From a virus, in the UHGV virus genome UHGV-0287696: a DNA stretch of 64,000 nucleotides. The stretch is one strand, 5' to 3'. Both the position numbers and the translations under genes were made by a program. Shown piece after piece: positions 28,595 to 37,655 of this stretch; the first letter of the stretch is position 1; each line of letters starts with the position of its first letter. Below the pieces are notes generated by a model. The model was not told the DNA's origin. It saw only the letters and a list, made by a program, of their open reading frames with translations, and did no database searches.

Positions 28595-29227
28595 ATGGCT
28601 GCAAGATTCGTACCGTTTCACGACGGGTCTAGATATACTTTTGGTGTAGAGCGTTACGCTGTGGGTTTTCGTCCTGGTTGGAGAGTGGTACGAATCGATA
28701 AGGCGTGTTGGTATTTACCGACGGGCATTTTTGATTACTTTACACCTGAAGCTTTAACGCGGTTTGTTTCTCTGGGTTCACCCACCCAACGTGCTGCGTG
28801 GGAAAAGAATATTCGCTGTCGTTACTTGGGTAAAACTCGAAACGCCACAGTACGCGGTGTTTATCATGTTGGGAGTCGTTGGTTACATGTCGAACCGACA
28901 CACCCACGATGTGCAGTGACGCCCTTTAATGGGGAGTATAAAGGTCAGGTATACACAGGGTTGCATTTTGCTTTTCCAGACAACCCCGATCTTAATTACT
29001 TTTTAGCCACCCCGAAAGACGTTACGTTGGCTACGTTCTATAAATACCTTTTGTTCTATCCTGCGTATGTCGTTGCAGAATTTGAACACAAAGCATTTCC
29101 TCTACCTTACGGTAGAGACAGGAGATTAGCAGGATGTTCTATCGAGAACTTCAGCAATACACCGACGCTCTCCGAAAGGCGACCATCGATGCAGACAACA
29201 ACCTCAGAGATGTCGTTAGCGTTATAG
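28595..29227 (+). CDS. hypothetical protein (3' end uncertain)
   Basis: ORF overlaps the next gene by 94 nt in another frame. Confidence 0.4.
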   Translation: MAARFVPFHDGSRYTFGVERYAVGFRPGWRVVRIDKACWYLPTGIFDYFTPEALTRFVSLGSPTQRAAWEKNIRCRYLGKTRNATVRGVYHVGSRWLHVEPTHPRCAVTPFNGEYKGQVYTGLHFAFPDNPDLNYFLATPKDVTLATFYKYLLFYPAYVVAEFEHKAFPLPYGRDRRLAGCSIENFSNTPTLSERRPSMQTTTSEMSLAL

Positions 29228-29505
29228 AACAGTGTTCGGATGTATTGTATGCGGAAACGATTGAATCACCAACCCACGACGGTGTGAAATCGCTCCAGCT
29301 ACACGTTTGTAGTAAACACGGGAGTCTGTCGTTAAACTTCCGTGTAGGTTTAGATTATTACATGGTTCGTAAGAGCTATTTAAGTTGTGACGGCGACCTC
29401 TATCCGGTTGTCTGGAACAACGATTATTCTAAGTTTGTTTATCCGCTTGAAGAACACCGACGCACGGTTTACGAATTTGTGAAAGCTGTTCTTGAGGGGT
29501 TCTAA
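29134..29505 (+). CDS. hypothetical protein
   Basis: ATG at 29134 with AGGAG upstream. Confidence 0.45.
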   Translation: MFYRELQQYTDALRKATIDADNNLRDVVSVIEQCSDVLYAETIESPTHDGVKSLQLHVCSKHGSLSLNFRVGLDYYMVRKSYLSCDGDLYPVVWNNDYSKFVYPLEEHRRTVYEFVKAVLEGF

Positions 29506-29519
29506 GAGAGGGCCTTGTA

Positions 29520-30125
29520 ATGTCAGAGATGATTCTCGATTCATTACTATTGATTACAGTATCGTATATCAACAAAACAGGCAAGTTGCCTAAACGTGGC
29601 GTTACTATCGAACGTGACGGGTTTAAACACCGCTATCCCTTAACGAAAATTTTGGATTTAGCTGCACGTTTAGCCAAGATGCGTCGACCGAATAGCGAAG
29701 CGGCTCCGAAATACGTATTGCTGGTTTTACAACGCGCGATTTCTGAGGTGCGACGTAAACGTCGCCGTGCTGCGTTTCGATTTTATCCAAACTCGACGCA
29801 ACAAGTGGTGGGGGAATACAGCAATATGGTCGTTGATCTTCGTGCAGGCCGGAGTAATGTAACTGGGTTGGCGTATAACCGCCTTAAACGCATTCTGGAC
29901 GACAGTGATGCCTTAACCACACCGCAAGAGGGTCAAGCGGCTCTAACGCTTCTACGTGGCGCTGAGCTCGTTATTGTGGACACCGCCGTGGAGGCAGCAA
30001 GAATGCAACACTATCTTGCTAAACAAGGGTTAGTCTTGCTGTGCGTAACGTCTGCACAGGCTGCTAACCTCACCGCGCCGGAAACGTCAGAAGTGTGGAG
30101 TGGTCCGATTGTTGACCACCAATAA
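29520..30125 (+). CDS. hypothetical protein
   Basis: 201-aa ORF followed by terminator. Confidence 0.5.
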   Translation: MSEMILDSLLLITVSYINKTGKLPKRGVTIERDGFKHRYPLTKILDLAARLAKMRRPNSEAAPKYVLLVLQRAISEVRRKRRRAAFRFYPNSTQQVVGEYSNMVVDLRAGRSNVTGLAYNRLKRILDDSDALTTPQEGQAALTLLRGAELVIVDTAVEAARMQHYLAKQGLVLLCVTSAQAANLTAPETSEVWSGPIVDHQ

Positions 30126-30131
30126 AACCTT

Positions 30132-30170
30132 ACCCCTACTTAACGGTAGGGGCGGGTTTCTTTTTTTATT
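30132..30170 (+). terminator. intrinsic terminator
   Basis: cccctac-ttaacg-gtagggg followed by cgggtttcttttttt. Confidence 0.65.
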
Positions 30171-30215
30171 GTAAATTATTACAACTGTTACCCTCATTGT
30201 GAGAGGTTTCACTTA
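30170..30215 (+). promoter_or_regulatory. degenerate promoter-like element (ATTATTACAAC...GTGAGAG...CACTTAAC)
   Basis: Partial match to both the early motif and the TTTTTACAAC motif, upstream of the kinase gene. Confidence 0.25.
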
Positions 30216-30240
30216 ACGTGCGTAAAAAGGTAAAACAATA

Positions 30241-30864
30241 ATGCTTAAGACAGTGTCTATTGATGGTCCTGACTTTTCTGGGAAATCAACGTTGTGTAAA
30301 ATGGTAAAAGCGATGTTGGAATCCGCAGGATTAAAAGTGTGTATTCGGAACCATCCGACGTCTGAAACTGAGGCGGGAATTCGTGCACGCAGTTTGGTTG
30401 TACAGTCTGCCTCGAAAACAAAAATTGCTGAAGCAATGTGTGATGACTTCCTTCACACGTTAGACCATGTTGTTGACGAGTACGATGTCGTTATTTTCGA
30501 TCGTTTTTGCCCTTCAACGATTGTTTATCAGGGGACAGATGGCAAGGACGTAGTTTTCCAACGTAAGCTAACTCGTCATTTCCATACACCAGACCTTTAT
30601 ATTTGGACAGATGTTGATTACCCAACAGCGTTAGCGCGATTTAAGAAACGTGTAGAAGAACAAGGTAAGAATTGGGACGATGAGGTACTTACGGTTAAGT
30701 ACCTAAAGGACAACCAATCTTGGGATGGCTTACGCGACCATTATCGTTTCGCGCATCACATCTTAACAGAAGGAGGTTGTCTTCACGCATTATTACCAGT
30801 AACGCAGAATGACGATTACCGTTTGAAAGCCGCTGAGATTGTTACGCACATTTTAGCAAACTAA
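30241..30864 (+). CDS. P-loop nucleotide kinase, thymidylate/dNMP kinase-like
   Basis: Walker A at the N-terminus: SIDGPDFSGKSTL (compare Tmk IEGxxGxGKST); size 207 aa. Confidence 0.45.
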   Translation: MLKTVSIDGPDFSGKSTLCKMVKAMLESAGLKVCIRNHPTSETEAGIRARSLVVQSASKTKIAEAMCDDFLHTLDHVVDEYDVVIFDRFCPSTIVYQGTDGKDVVFQRKLTRHFHTPDLYIWTDVDYPTALARFKKRVEEQGKNWDDEVLTVKYLKDNQSWDGLRDHYRFAHHILTEGGCLHALLPVTQNDDYRLKAAEIVTHILAN

Positions 30865-30870
30865 CCGCTC

Positions 30871-30909
30871 AGGTACCACCGTTGGGTGGTACCTATATTT
30901 TATTTTTTC
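30871..30909 (+). terminator. intrinsic terminator
   Basis: aggtaccacc-gttg-ggtggtacct followed by atattttatttttt. Confidence 0.7.
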
Positions 30910-30937
30910 TCAGATATATTTTACTTAGGTGAGAGTT
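30909..30937 (+). promoter_or_regulatory. conserved early-type promoter motif (variant CTCAGATATATTTTACTTAGGTGAGAG)
   Basis: Copy 2 of the motif, immediately after a terminator and ~50 bp upstream of the HTH gene. Confidence 0.5.
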
Positions 30938-30984
30938 ACAACTAACTCTTTACACCGACTTGTTAACCTAAAGGAGTATTTACA

Positions 30985-31344
30985 ATGGCTTACAATCACA
31001 ATTCCATCGTTCTGGCAAAACGTAAATTCGGTCTTCACTTGTCTTACGTAATTCGTCATTTGACCACAAAAGACATTACTCAGCGTGAACTTGCCCAGCT
31101 TGCGAAAGTTTCACAACCTGTTATCTCGTCTATTAAGAACGATCACTCAGAACGTTTAAGCTTGCCGATTATGATGAAAGTTGCTGATGCGATTCGTCTG
31201 AAATACCAGATTAGTTTTAATTCCGTTAAGGGTCGTTGCTCAGTAACCGTTCACGTAGAGTCCGCGTTGGACTACGTTGCAAACACGTCCATTAAACGCA
31301 CCACGAAGAATGTGTGTTTTATCACTAACGCCGCAACGCACTAA
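30985..31344 (+). CDS. helix-turn-helix DNA-binding protein (putative early regulator)
   Basis: ITQRELAQLAKVSQPVISSIKN fits the XRE-type HTH pattern; first gene after a promoter motif; RBS AAAGGAG. Confidence 0.45.
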   Translation: MAYNHNSIVLAKRKFGLHLSYVIRHLTTKDITQRELAQLAKVSQPVISSIKNDHSERLSLPIMMKVADAIRLKYQISFNSVKGRCSVTVHVESALDYVANTSIKRTTKNVCFITNAATH

Positions 31345-31365
31345 TCAACCTGAAGGAGTATTATC

Positions 31366-32037
31366 ATGCCACCGAAAATTGGTAAAACTGTAATTGAAGA
31401 AACTGTAAAGAACGAGACTAAAGTTAACGAAGCACAACCGCCTGTGAAAGTTGAGCTTTTACCCTGCGTTAATGAAATACTCGGGGTGAAATTCTTAACT
31501 TTTAGCCCGTATACTGACCTGGTTTTCGAACTTTATCAAGACCAGCCTTTCAACTTATTCACACTTGTCTGCACTTATAATGGTGATGTTTTGGCGGTTG
31601 CACCTGGTCTCAATAGAGACAAATTACTTACAGGCACGGTTATTACTGAAATTCTTCTGCGGTTAATGCATAAGTTTGAAGGGCCTGAACTTGACAAAAT
31701 CGCTGTTAAGTTAGCGGACTTGCTAATCAATGCCGCCACCTGGTTGTGTTTTAACCCTTCTATCTATTTCCATTTCAGTACAAATATTCTTCACGCCGTA
31801 ACAGACGACGGTAAAAAGTATCGCATCTTAATTAAGGGTGGGGTGCAACAACCTTTGTTCTCTAGACAAAACTGCCATATTAAGTTTTCGCCTGACTTGG
31901 TAGAAGTTTACGGCCAGCGAGCAGCGGCTGGCCACTACGACGCCCATCTCAGATTTTTCAATTACCTGTATGAAAAATTAGGGAAAGCTGGCTTGACACC
32001 CAATCTTGCTTTTACAAACTCTGCCCCTTCTGCATGA
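31366..32037 (+). CDS. hypothetical protein
   Basis: 223-aa ORF with RBS GAAGGAG. Confidence 0.5.
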   Translation: MPPKIGKTVIEETVKNETKVNEAQPPVKVELLPCVNEILGVKFLTFSPYTDLVFELYQDQPFNLFTLVCTYNGDVLAVAPGLNRDKLLTGTVITEILLRLMHKFEGPELDKIAVKLADLLINAATWLCFNPSIYFHFSTNILHAVTDDGKKYRILIKGGVQQPLFSRQNCHIKFSPDLVEVYGQRAAAGHYDAHLRFFNYLYEKLGKAGLTPNLAFTNSAPSA

Positions 32038-32049
32038 TGTTTAATAATT

Positions 32050-32083
32050 GGGGAACTTCGGTTCCCCTTTCTTTTTTGTTTTT
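32050..32083 (+). terminator. intrinsic terminator
   Basis: ggggaac-ttcg-gttcccc followed by tttcttttttgttttt. Confidence 0.7.
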
Positions 32084-32088
32084 ACAAC
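32079..32088 (+). promoter_or_regulatory. TTTTTACAAC motif
   Basis: Exact copy of the 10-mer, 44 bp upstream of ATG 32132. Confidence 0.25.
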
Positions 32089-32131
32089 TTTAGCGTATTG
32101 TTTTGAGACGACCTTTTAAGGAGTAATTAAC

Positions 32132-33130
32132 ATGGCTTTTATGAAGATTATAAAACATACCGCCACGGATTTAACAGTAGGTCGGTTAGCACGTAGAGAT
32201 ATTCGCAATCCTCAACTTCAGACATGTTTATCGGGCCCTAACGGTGCTGTGATTCGTGAGGCGTTGTGCAATAGTGAACTGAATACGTTCTCTTTACAAA
32301 AAGGAAAAACAATCCAAGGGTTTATCATCACAAAACACATTTACGGCGACCCAACGTTACACTGCTTGTATATGCATGAAATTGTACCGGGTTGTTTGAA
32401 CAAACTGAACCTGTTACTGGTACTCGACTATACCGGTTTTACGTATCTTAATCGAATCGCCAGTGGTGTAGAAGAAATCGCTGAGCTTAATGACTTAGGA
32501 TTTAGACACACCCACACTACGTATCGTTTAGGTACACGCTCGTTATTGGATATCGCTCTACCAACAAACGTGAAGAACATCTCCGGCGATTTTTATAAAG
32601 AGCTAACCGCTGCACAACGTGAACAGCTTATGTTGCTTTTGGGTACGAGTGTCGTTGAAAACATCAACGGTGACCCTGTAGGTCGCACACGACAAATCAT
32701 GCCACAAGTCGAAACGTTGGTGGAGTTAGTACGTCATGTCAACCACCACACCTACGTTTGGATGGATGGCAATGATATTGTGGGCGCGGTGCAAGTTAAA
32801 TTGCGTAATCTTAACGAGTGTGAATTAAAAGCCATTGCGGTAAGTGAGACACATCGGGGTCGTGGTATCGGACGGACTTTATTGTATCGTGCTCTACAAA
32901 TTGCATCGACAACAGCGGCACCATTAGAGATAGGGTGTTTCAATAACAACCCTGCATTCAGGCACCTGGCCGTCGAATTATTTAAATTTCGCCCCTACGA
33001 ATACGAACTTGTTTTAGTGCGTGACGAAAACGTCGTCAGTTGGGAGCGTCAGAAAAATCATGTCAGATTGGTGTTAGTCGACGAAGTGTCATCGTTACAA
33101 GGCGGATATAATGCGGAAACCGATAATTAA
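32132..33130 (+). CDS. protein with C-terminal GNAT acetyltransferase domain
   Basis: C-terminal motif A AVSETHRGRGIGRTLLYRAL; N-terminal ~200 aa unassigned. Confidence 0.5.
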   Translation: MAFMKIIKHTATDLTVGRLARRDIRNPQLQTCLSGPNGAVIREALCNSELNTFSLQKGKTIQGFIITKHIYGDPTLHCLYMHEIVPGCLNKLNLLLVLDYTGFTYLNRIASGVEEIAELNDLGFRHTHTTYRLGTRSLLDIALPTNVKNISGDFYKELTAAQREQLMLLLGTSVVENINGDPVGRTRQIMPQVETLVELVRHVNHHTYVWMDGNDIVGAVQVKLRNLNECELKAIAVSETHRGRGIGRTLLYRALQIASTTAAPLEIGCFNNNPAFRHLAVELFKFRPYEYELVLVRDENVVSWERQKNHVRLVLVDEVSSLQGGYNAETDN

Positions 33131-33926
33131 ATGGATGGGTGGGAAAACACGCGTTTTGGGTGAATTACAAAAGGTCTTACCTAAACGTACAACCTTTGTA
33201 GAACCGTTTGTGGGCGCAGGGTCTGTTTTCCTAAATACGAATTACAGCCGGTATATTCTATCGGATTCTAACCCCGATTTGATACGCTTACTTTGTGTTG
33301 CGCGTGAACAGCCTGAAGAACTGATCGCTGCGTCGCAACCGTTGTTCTTAGACGGTAATACCACTGTAAAGTATATGGAACGTCGTGAACTGTTTAATAG
33401 CGGTAAAACGATGTCCGAAGTTGAACGTGCTGCAATGTTTTTATACTTAATGCGTCACGGCTATAACGGGATGTGTCGCTATAACAGTAGTGGTGGATTC
33501 AATGTTCCGTTTGGACGTTACCCGAATGGCGTTTATTATCCATTAGAAGAAATTCGGGATTGGGCTAAACGTTGCGCAGAAGTTGAGTATCTGGAAATTG
33601 TTTGTGAGGACTTTCGTTCTGTATTAGCACGGACACCTGAAGATGCCGTGATTTATGCTGATCCTCCTTATATTCCGTTATCGGATACCGCGAAACACGC
33701 TCAATATCACCGTAAAGAATTCTCACAAACGGATCATCGGGAATTAGCCAAGTTACTACAGCAGCAGGTGGAACGTGGCAACAGCGTCGTGCTGTCAAAT
33801 GCAGACACCCTACTCACCCGAGAAATTTATTACGGTTTTGAGTGGCGCAGTATTGAGGTTGGTCGCTATATGGGTGCGTCTGGTGCCGCTCGGAAAACAG
33901 TGACTGAATTACTGGGAGTGCTCTAA
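33111..33926 (+). CDS. dam: DNA adenine methyltransferase (Dam family, N6-adenine)
   Basis: SAM-binding motif I FVEPFVGAGSV, catalytic DPPY (YADPPYIP), N-terminal IIKWMGGK typical of Dam; 271 aa. Confidence 0.8.
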   Translation: MRKPIIKWMGGKTRVLGELQKVLPKRTTFVEPFVGAGSVFLNTNYSRYILSDSNPDLIRLLCVAREQPEELIAASQPLFLDGNTTVKYMERRELFNSGKTMSEVERAAMFLYLMRHGYNGMCRYNSSGGFNVPFGRYPNGVYYPLEEIRDWAKRCAEVEYLEIVCEDFRSVLARTPEDAVIYADPPYIPLSDTAKHAQYHRKEFSQTDHRELAKLLQQQVERGNSVVLSNADTLLTREIYYGFEWRSIEVGRYMGASGAARKTVTELLGVL

Positions 33927-34699
33927 TGCGCATAGTGGATATCCACGATTATCGTAATGACCATTTAGCAATCGGTGTGGATGGCAAAATGGTTTCGCTA
34001 ACCCGTGTACGGAAAGGGTTACTGGAAAAGGACGTCATTCGCGAATCTGAAGATCCGACCTTTATCATTCTTTCGAACACGAATCAGCTACAAGGAATCT
34101 TCTCCGGCCGTACCGATGGTAAGTTTTTCTACATGTCGGCAATCGTTATGGTTGAGAAGAAGAAAATTAATTTCGCACAACTCAAACGGTTGTTAAATGT
34201 GGAGGTGTTTGATATCACCTACCCTGCCAACGACCTAAAACGTCGTGATCAGTTAATGATGTTTTTGGGTATGCAGCCGACGTCTATCGACTATGACCTG
34301 ACGTTTACTGAAGAACCCGAAGTTTGCACCGATTTACCTGATGTAGTTGACATTGAATCTCTAACGTTAGAAGAAACGTTTACGATTCCTAAGGTGGCTA
34401 ATGTCAGTTTGGATACGTACTGCCTGGGTTTGTTAGCGATTGGGGCTGCCGAAGGGCTGTGCTGCCGTAAAGATGGTAAAGTTGAAGGTATCTTAGTCTA
34501 TTCGAAAATCAACGAAAAGACGTTTGCCACCGAAGGTTTCTTCTATAACGATTGTACTTACGGGAATGCACTCTTAACCACATACTGCCGTATTGCGTAT
34601 TTAAAGGGGGCAACCGTGCGTCTTACTTTTCCATATTCAGCACCTCCAGCGATGTCTGGTGTTGAAGCAGAAGCATTAACTGGCCATTTTATCTTTTAA
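33926..34699 (+). CDS. hypothetical protein
   Basis: 257-aa ORF, ATG overlapping the upstream stop. Confidence 0.5.
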   Translation: MRIVDIHDYRNDHLAIGVDGKMVSLTRVRKGLLEKDVIRESEDPTFIILSNTNQLQGIFSGRTDGKFFYMSAIVMVEKKKINFAQLKRLLNVEVFDITYPANDLKRRDQLMMFLGMQPTSIDYDLTFTEEPEVCTDLPDVVDIESLTLEETFTIPKVANVSLDTYCLGLLAIGAAEGLCCRKDGKVEGILVYSKINEKTFATEGFFYNDCTYGNALLTTYCRIAYLKGATVRLTFPYSAPPAMSGVEAEALTGHFIF

Positions 34700-34708
34700 G
34701 GACATTGA

Positions 34709-34936
34709 ATGGAAATCAAACGTATTGTAACCAAAGACAAAAAGATTACTTACGTCGCAGGTGATAACGAATTCTCGGCGGTTATTAATACTGAGAACGT
34801 GCTGATTATCGGTTATCCAGGTAAAGTCATTACTCGTAGCCATCAGCGCGTGATTGACAAGCTCATCGCCAAAGCAAAAGCGCGTGACGGTGTTGGTTCA
34901 GTAGAAACCCATACCGGGTTAACGTTGGCACTCTAA
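34709..34936 (+). CDS. hypothetical protein (75 aa)
   Basis: ORF with AAGGA RBS. Confidence 0.4.
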   Translation: MEIKRIVTKDKKITYVAGDNEFSAVINTENVLIIGYPGKVITRSHQRVIDKLIAKAKARDGVGSVETHTGLTLAL

Positions 34937-34974
34937 CCAGCAGGTAATATGACCTCTTAACTGGAGACTTAGAG

Positions 34975-35481
34975 ATGAAAGAGACTCTGGATTTTAATCA
35001 GCTTGAGCAGCACGATTTTGATCTCGGTGTTCGCGACTTAGAAGCTGACTATGAAACGCGTTGTAAAGAATTCTTTAATCGCTACGGGCAATTGATTACC
35101 GGGGCATCTGAAGACACCGAATTCTCGTTAGACGATTTCGAAAAGATTCTATCTTGCTTTATCACCGACAGCTTAGCGAAACAGGCGTTGCTGGTAGAAC
35201 AGAACCTGCAAATGGTGGAGCCTACGGATGCTCACGCCGTGCTAAAAGAATCCATTATTCCGAACGACGAAATTATGGATGCGGTAGCAGGTATTCGTGG
35301 TACGTTCGACAGCGCTGTGGAAGACTATACCGAGCAGCTTCGTGAGTCTGGGCTAACGTTGTGTGCACCTGCGGGCGAACAGTTACCTTCTGAAGAAGAA
35401 ACGGAAGAAGCACGCAGTCGTTTAGCGCGTTATGTGATTACTTCGATTTTAGTAGACGATCGCGAAGAAAACGTACTGTAA
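34975..35481 (+). CDS. hypothetical acidic protein
   Basis: 168-aa ORF, RBS GGAGA. Confidence 0.5.
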   Translation: MKETLDFNQLEQHDFDLGVRDLEADYETRCKEFFNRYGQLITGASEDTEFSLDDFEKILSCFITDSLAKQALLVEQNLQMVEPTDAHAVLKESIIPNDEIMDAVAGIRGTFDSAVEDYTEQLRESGLTLCAPAGEQLPSEEETEEARSRLARYVITSILVDDREENVL

Positions 35482-35486
35482 ACTTA

Positions 35487-35525
35487 CCCTCTCTCCGTTT
35501 GGAGAGAGGGAGTATTTATTTTTAC
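35487..35525 (+). terminator. intrinsic terminator
   Basis: ccctctctcc-gttt-ggagagaggg followed by T-run; near-identical hairpin at 36551. Confidence 0.7.
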
Positions 35526-35579
35526 GCTTTCGTGTCTAATTATGCACACGTAAACAAAATTAATTGAGGAACAGCTTAA

Positions 35580-35915
35580 ATGTGGTTAAGTGCGATTCAC
35601 CGTGATTTACCAAAACAAGAAATGGTATTTACCGTTGGGGAACCAGCAACTGTAGTAGGTGTTGCTAAGTTCGAAAGGGTGGAAGAAGGTCAATTCGTCG
35701 TAGTAGACGACAACGAGAACGAATTCATGTTGTTCCACCCTGAGGTCGATACCTCTGAAATCTGTGAGGGTTCTCTTTTGTTGTCCTGGCAAGATCCTGA
35801 AACCGGTGCATGGAAGTGGCGTGTCGCTAAACCGACGCTTGAAACAGAATCTGCATACGTGACTGAACACGTATACGTGTTTGGGGAAACTTATGTCGAG
35901 CCAAAACCACACTAA
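35580..35915 (+). CDS. hypothetical protein
   Basis: 111-aa ORF with GAGGA RBS. Confidence 0.45.
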   Translation: MWLSAIHRDLPKQEMVFTVGEPATVVGVAKFERVEEGQFVVVDDNENEFMLFHPEVDTSEICEGSLLLSWQDPETGAWKWRVAKPTLETESAYVTEHVYVFGETYVEPKPH

Positions 35916-36201
35916 TACCGATGAAACGAATTTACAGCGCTTGCAACGGGCACTAACTGCACCGCTAGGCGGTGAGATTCACGAACGTTGGGTAATTGCG
36001 AGGGTGGTAGAAATTGACTATTCTCAGGATCAGTTACTGTTAAACAACTGCTCGACGAACGTGTCTTTCACGTTACCGCGCGCTGTATTCCGTCTTACGC
36101 CCAACGTTGATGAAATACTGACTATTGACAGGAAACTTCTGTCGATAGAACTACAGCATTTCCCGCTACCTGGTAAGTCGGTTAACATCGCGCTATACTG
36201 A
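35893..36201 (+). CDS. hypothetical protein
   Basis: ATG at 35893 (track start 35881 is TTG); overlaps the upstream gene end. Confidence 0.4.
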   Translation: MSSQNHTNTDETNLQRLQRALTAPLGGEIHERWVIARVVEIDYSQDQLLLNNCSTNVSFTLPRAVFRLTPNVDEILTIDRKLLSIELQHFPLPGKSVNIALY

Positions 36202-36218
36202 TAATTGTCTAAAAAATT

Positions 36219-36257
36219 TAAGATATATTTCATCTATGTGAGAATTCTCACTTAACT
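36219..36257 (+). promoter_or_regulatory. conserved early-type promoter motif (variant) with downstream palindrome GTGAGAATTCTCAC
   Basis: TTAAGATATATTTCATCTATGTGAGAATTCTCACTTAAC; copy 3, upstream of ATG 36275. Confidence 0.45.
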
Positions 36258-36274
36258 AAATGGAGTAATCTAAA

Positions 36275-36544
36275 ATGGGTAAGATTTATATTGTTGAAAA
36301 ACGTGCAGGTAATGTTCTTTCCTATTACGAAGAAGGTAAACCTGAAAAGGTTAAAACACTCAAACTCGACGGCTTCAATGTGAAGAGTTTACGTAAGGGT
36401 GTGAAGATTACCTTTAAAGGTCTGATTCGCGCAGGTAACTTGCAGATTGTTAAGGACGACGGCACGATGGTTGCGTTAGCACCGGCCAGTGCTGCGAAAA
36501 CGACAGCAGGTTGTGGCTGCTACGGTAGCAGTCGTAAGATTTAA
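36275..36544 (+). CDS. hypothetical early protein (89 aa)
   Basis: Strong RBS context; follows the promoter motif; followed by terminator. Confidence 0.5.
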   Translation: MGKIYIVEKRAGNVLSYYEEGKPEKVKTLKLDGFNVKSLRKGVKITFKGLIRAGNLQIVKDDGTMVALAPASAAKTTAGCGCYGSSRKI

Positions 36545-36550
36545 GCAGTG

Positions 36551-36590
36551 CCCCTCTCTCCGTCTGGAGAGAGGGTACTTTTATTTTTCT
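36551..36590 (+). terminator. intrinsic terminator
   Basis: cccctctctcc-gtct-ggagagaggg followed by tacttttatttttctt. Confidence 0.7.
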
Positions 36591-36602
36591 TCGAGGTGCG
36601 TG

Positions 36603-37091
36603 ATGACAACGGTATTAGTAACAAAGGATTACATTTTAGCTGACCGACTTGTGGATTATGCTGGTACGGTTAAAGAATTGCCCAAACTGCATAAACACAA
36701 AAACAAGTTTGTTTTCTACACGGGTGAACGTGTACTGGACACCGAGTTTTGGAAAATGTCGATTACCGCTGCTATAGAAAAATATTTAGACGAGGATAAA
36801 CGTAAGAAAGTTGAGCCCCTGTTTGCAGATCTTATCGAAAAAGAGCGAATATACGATCAAATCGTCATTTTTACGGCTAGAGAAACACATTGGTTGACGT
36901 TAGTAGCAGATAAGTTTAAAACGTTTGTAATAAATAAAAATGCGGTTTGGACAACGGGTTCTGGTGGCGGCTTTGCGCGGGCTGCTTGGGCAACTGGAAT
37001 ATCAGAAAAGAAAATTATGCCATTGGTAGGTTCTATTGATCCATCTAGCTCGACCACCTATGACTTATTTTACAGGAAGCACTTACGATGA
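36603..37091 (+). CDS. HslV/proteasome-like Ntn-hydrolase (putative)
   Basis: ATG 36603 (RBS GAGGTG); predicted N-terminus M-TTVLVTKDYILADRLV places Thr directly after Met as in HslV (TTIVSVRR...); GSGG motif (WTTGSGGGFARAAWATG) where HslV has GSGGxYAxAAARAL. Confidence 0.35.
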   Translation: MTTVLVTKDYILADRLVDYAGTVKELPKLHKHKNKFVFYTGERVLDTEFWKMSITAAIEKYLDEDKRKKVEPLFADLIEKERIYDQIVIFTARETHWLTLVADKFKTFVINKNAVWTTGSGGGFARAAWATGISEKKIMPLVGSIDPSSSTTYDLFYRKHLR

Positions 37092-37609
37092 AGATAAACG
37101 CTGTCTTAATTGGCGATGAAATATTCGTTAATACAAAAACACAATATCTGTATTACGAAGGTATTACTGTAATAGACGATTATTACGGTAAGTACGGTTG
37201 GTGGATTCCGTCCCCTAACTCCTTACGATTAGAAGAAGCATTAACTGCTGAAGAGAACAAACTAGAAGGAGAGTGGACTTATATTAGTTCTATAATTGAT
37301 GTTAGTGGACGTATTAAAGACGTCTACTGGGCTAAAGAGTCAGGGTGGCGTGTTACGCTACACCAACCAACACCAGTAAGATTGTTGTACGACCATTCGG
37401 ATAGTTCAGAGTTAGCGTTTACCATTGAGACGCTCTCGGTACGTAAGGATCTAGACAACGTAGGGAAAGGGAAGTGGTCTATTGAGCGCATTGAGGAGAT
37501 TCTCAGCCACTTTAAAGCTAACAACCAATTTAAACGTTGGTGCACATTACCTGAGTTAGTAGAGGAGTTGAAAAAGCGGGATTGCAAACCGCTACCTTTT
37601 AACCCGTAG
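37088..37609 (+). CDS. hypothetical protein
   Basis: 173-aa ORF overlapping the upstream stop (ATGA). Confidence 0.5.
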   Translation: MKINAVLIGDEIFVNTKTQYLYYEGITVIDDYYGKYGWWIPSPNSLRLEEALTAEENKLEGEWTYISSIIDVSGRIKDVYWAKESGWRVTLHQPTPVRLLYDHSDSSELAFTIETLSVRKDLDNVGKGKWSIERIEEILSHFKANNQFKRWCTLPELVEELKKRDCKPLPFNP

Positions 37610-37612
37610 TCT

Positions 37613-37622
37613 TTTTTACAAC
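37613..37622 (+). promoter_or_regulatory. TTTTTACAAC motif
   Basis: Exact copy, 34 bp upstream of ATG 37656. Confidence 0.25.
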
Positions 37623-37655
37623 TGCGGCTATTTTAATGATTAGGAGAATATAGAG

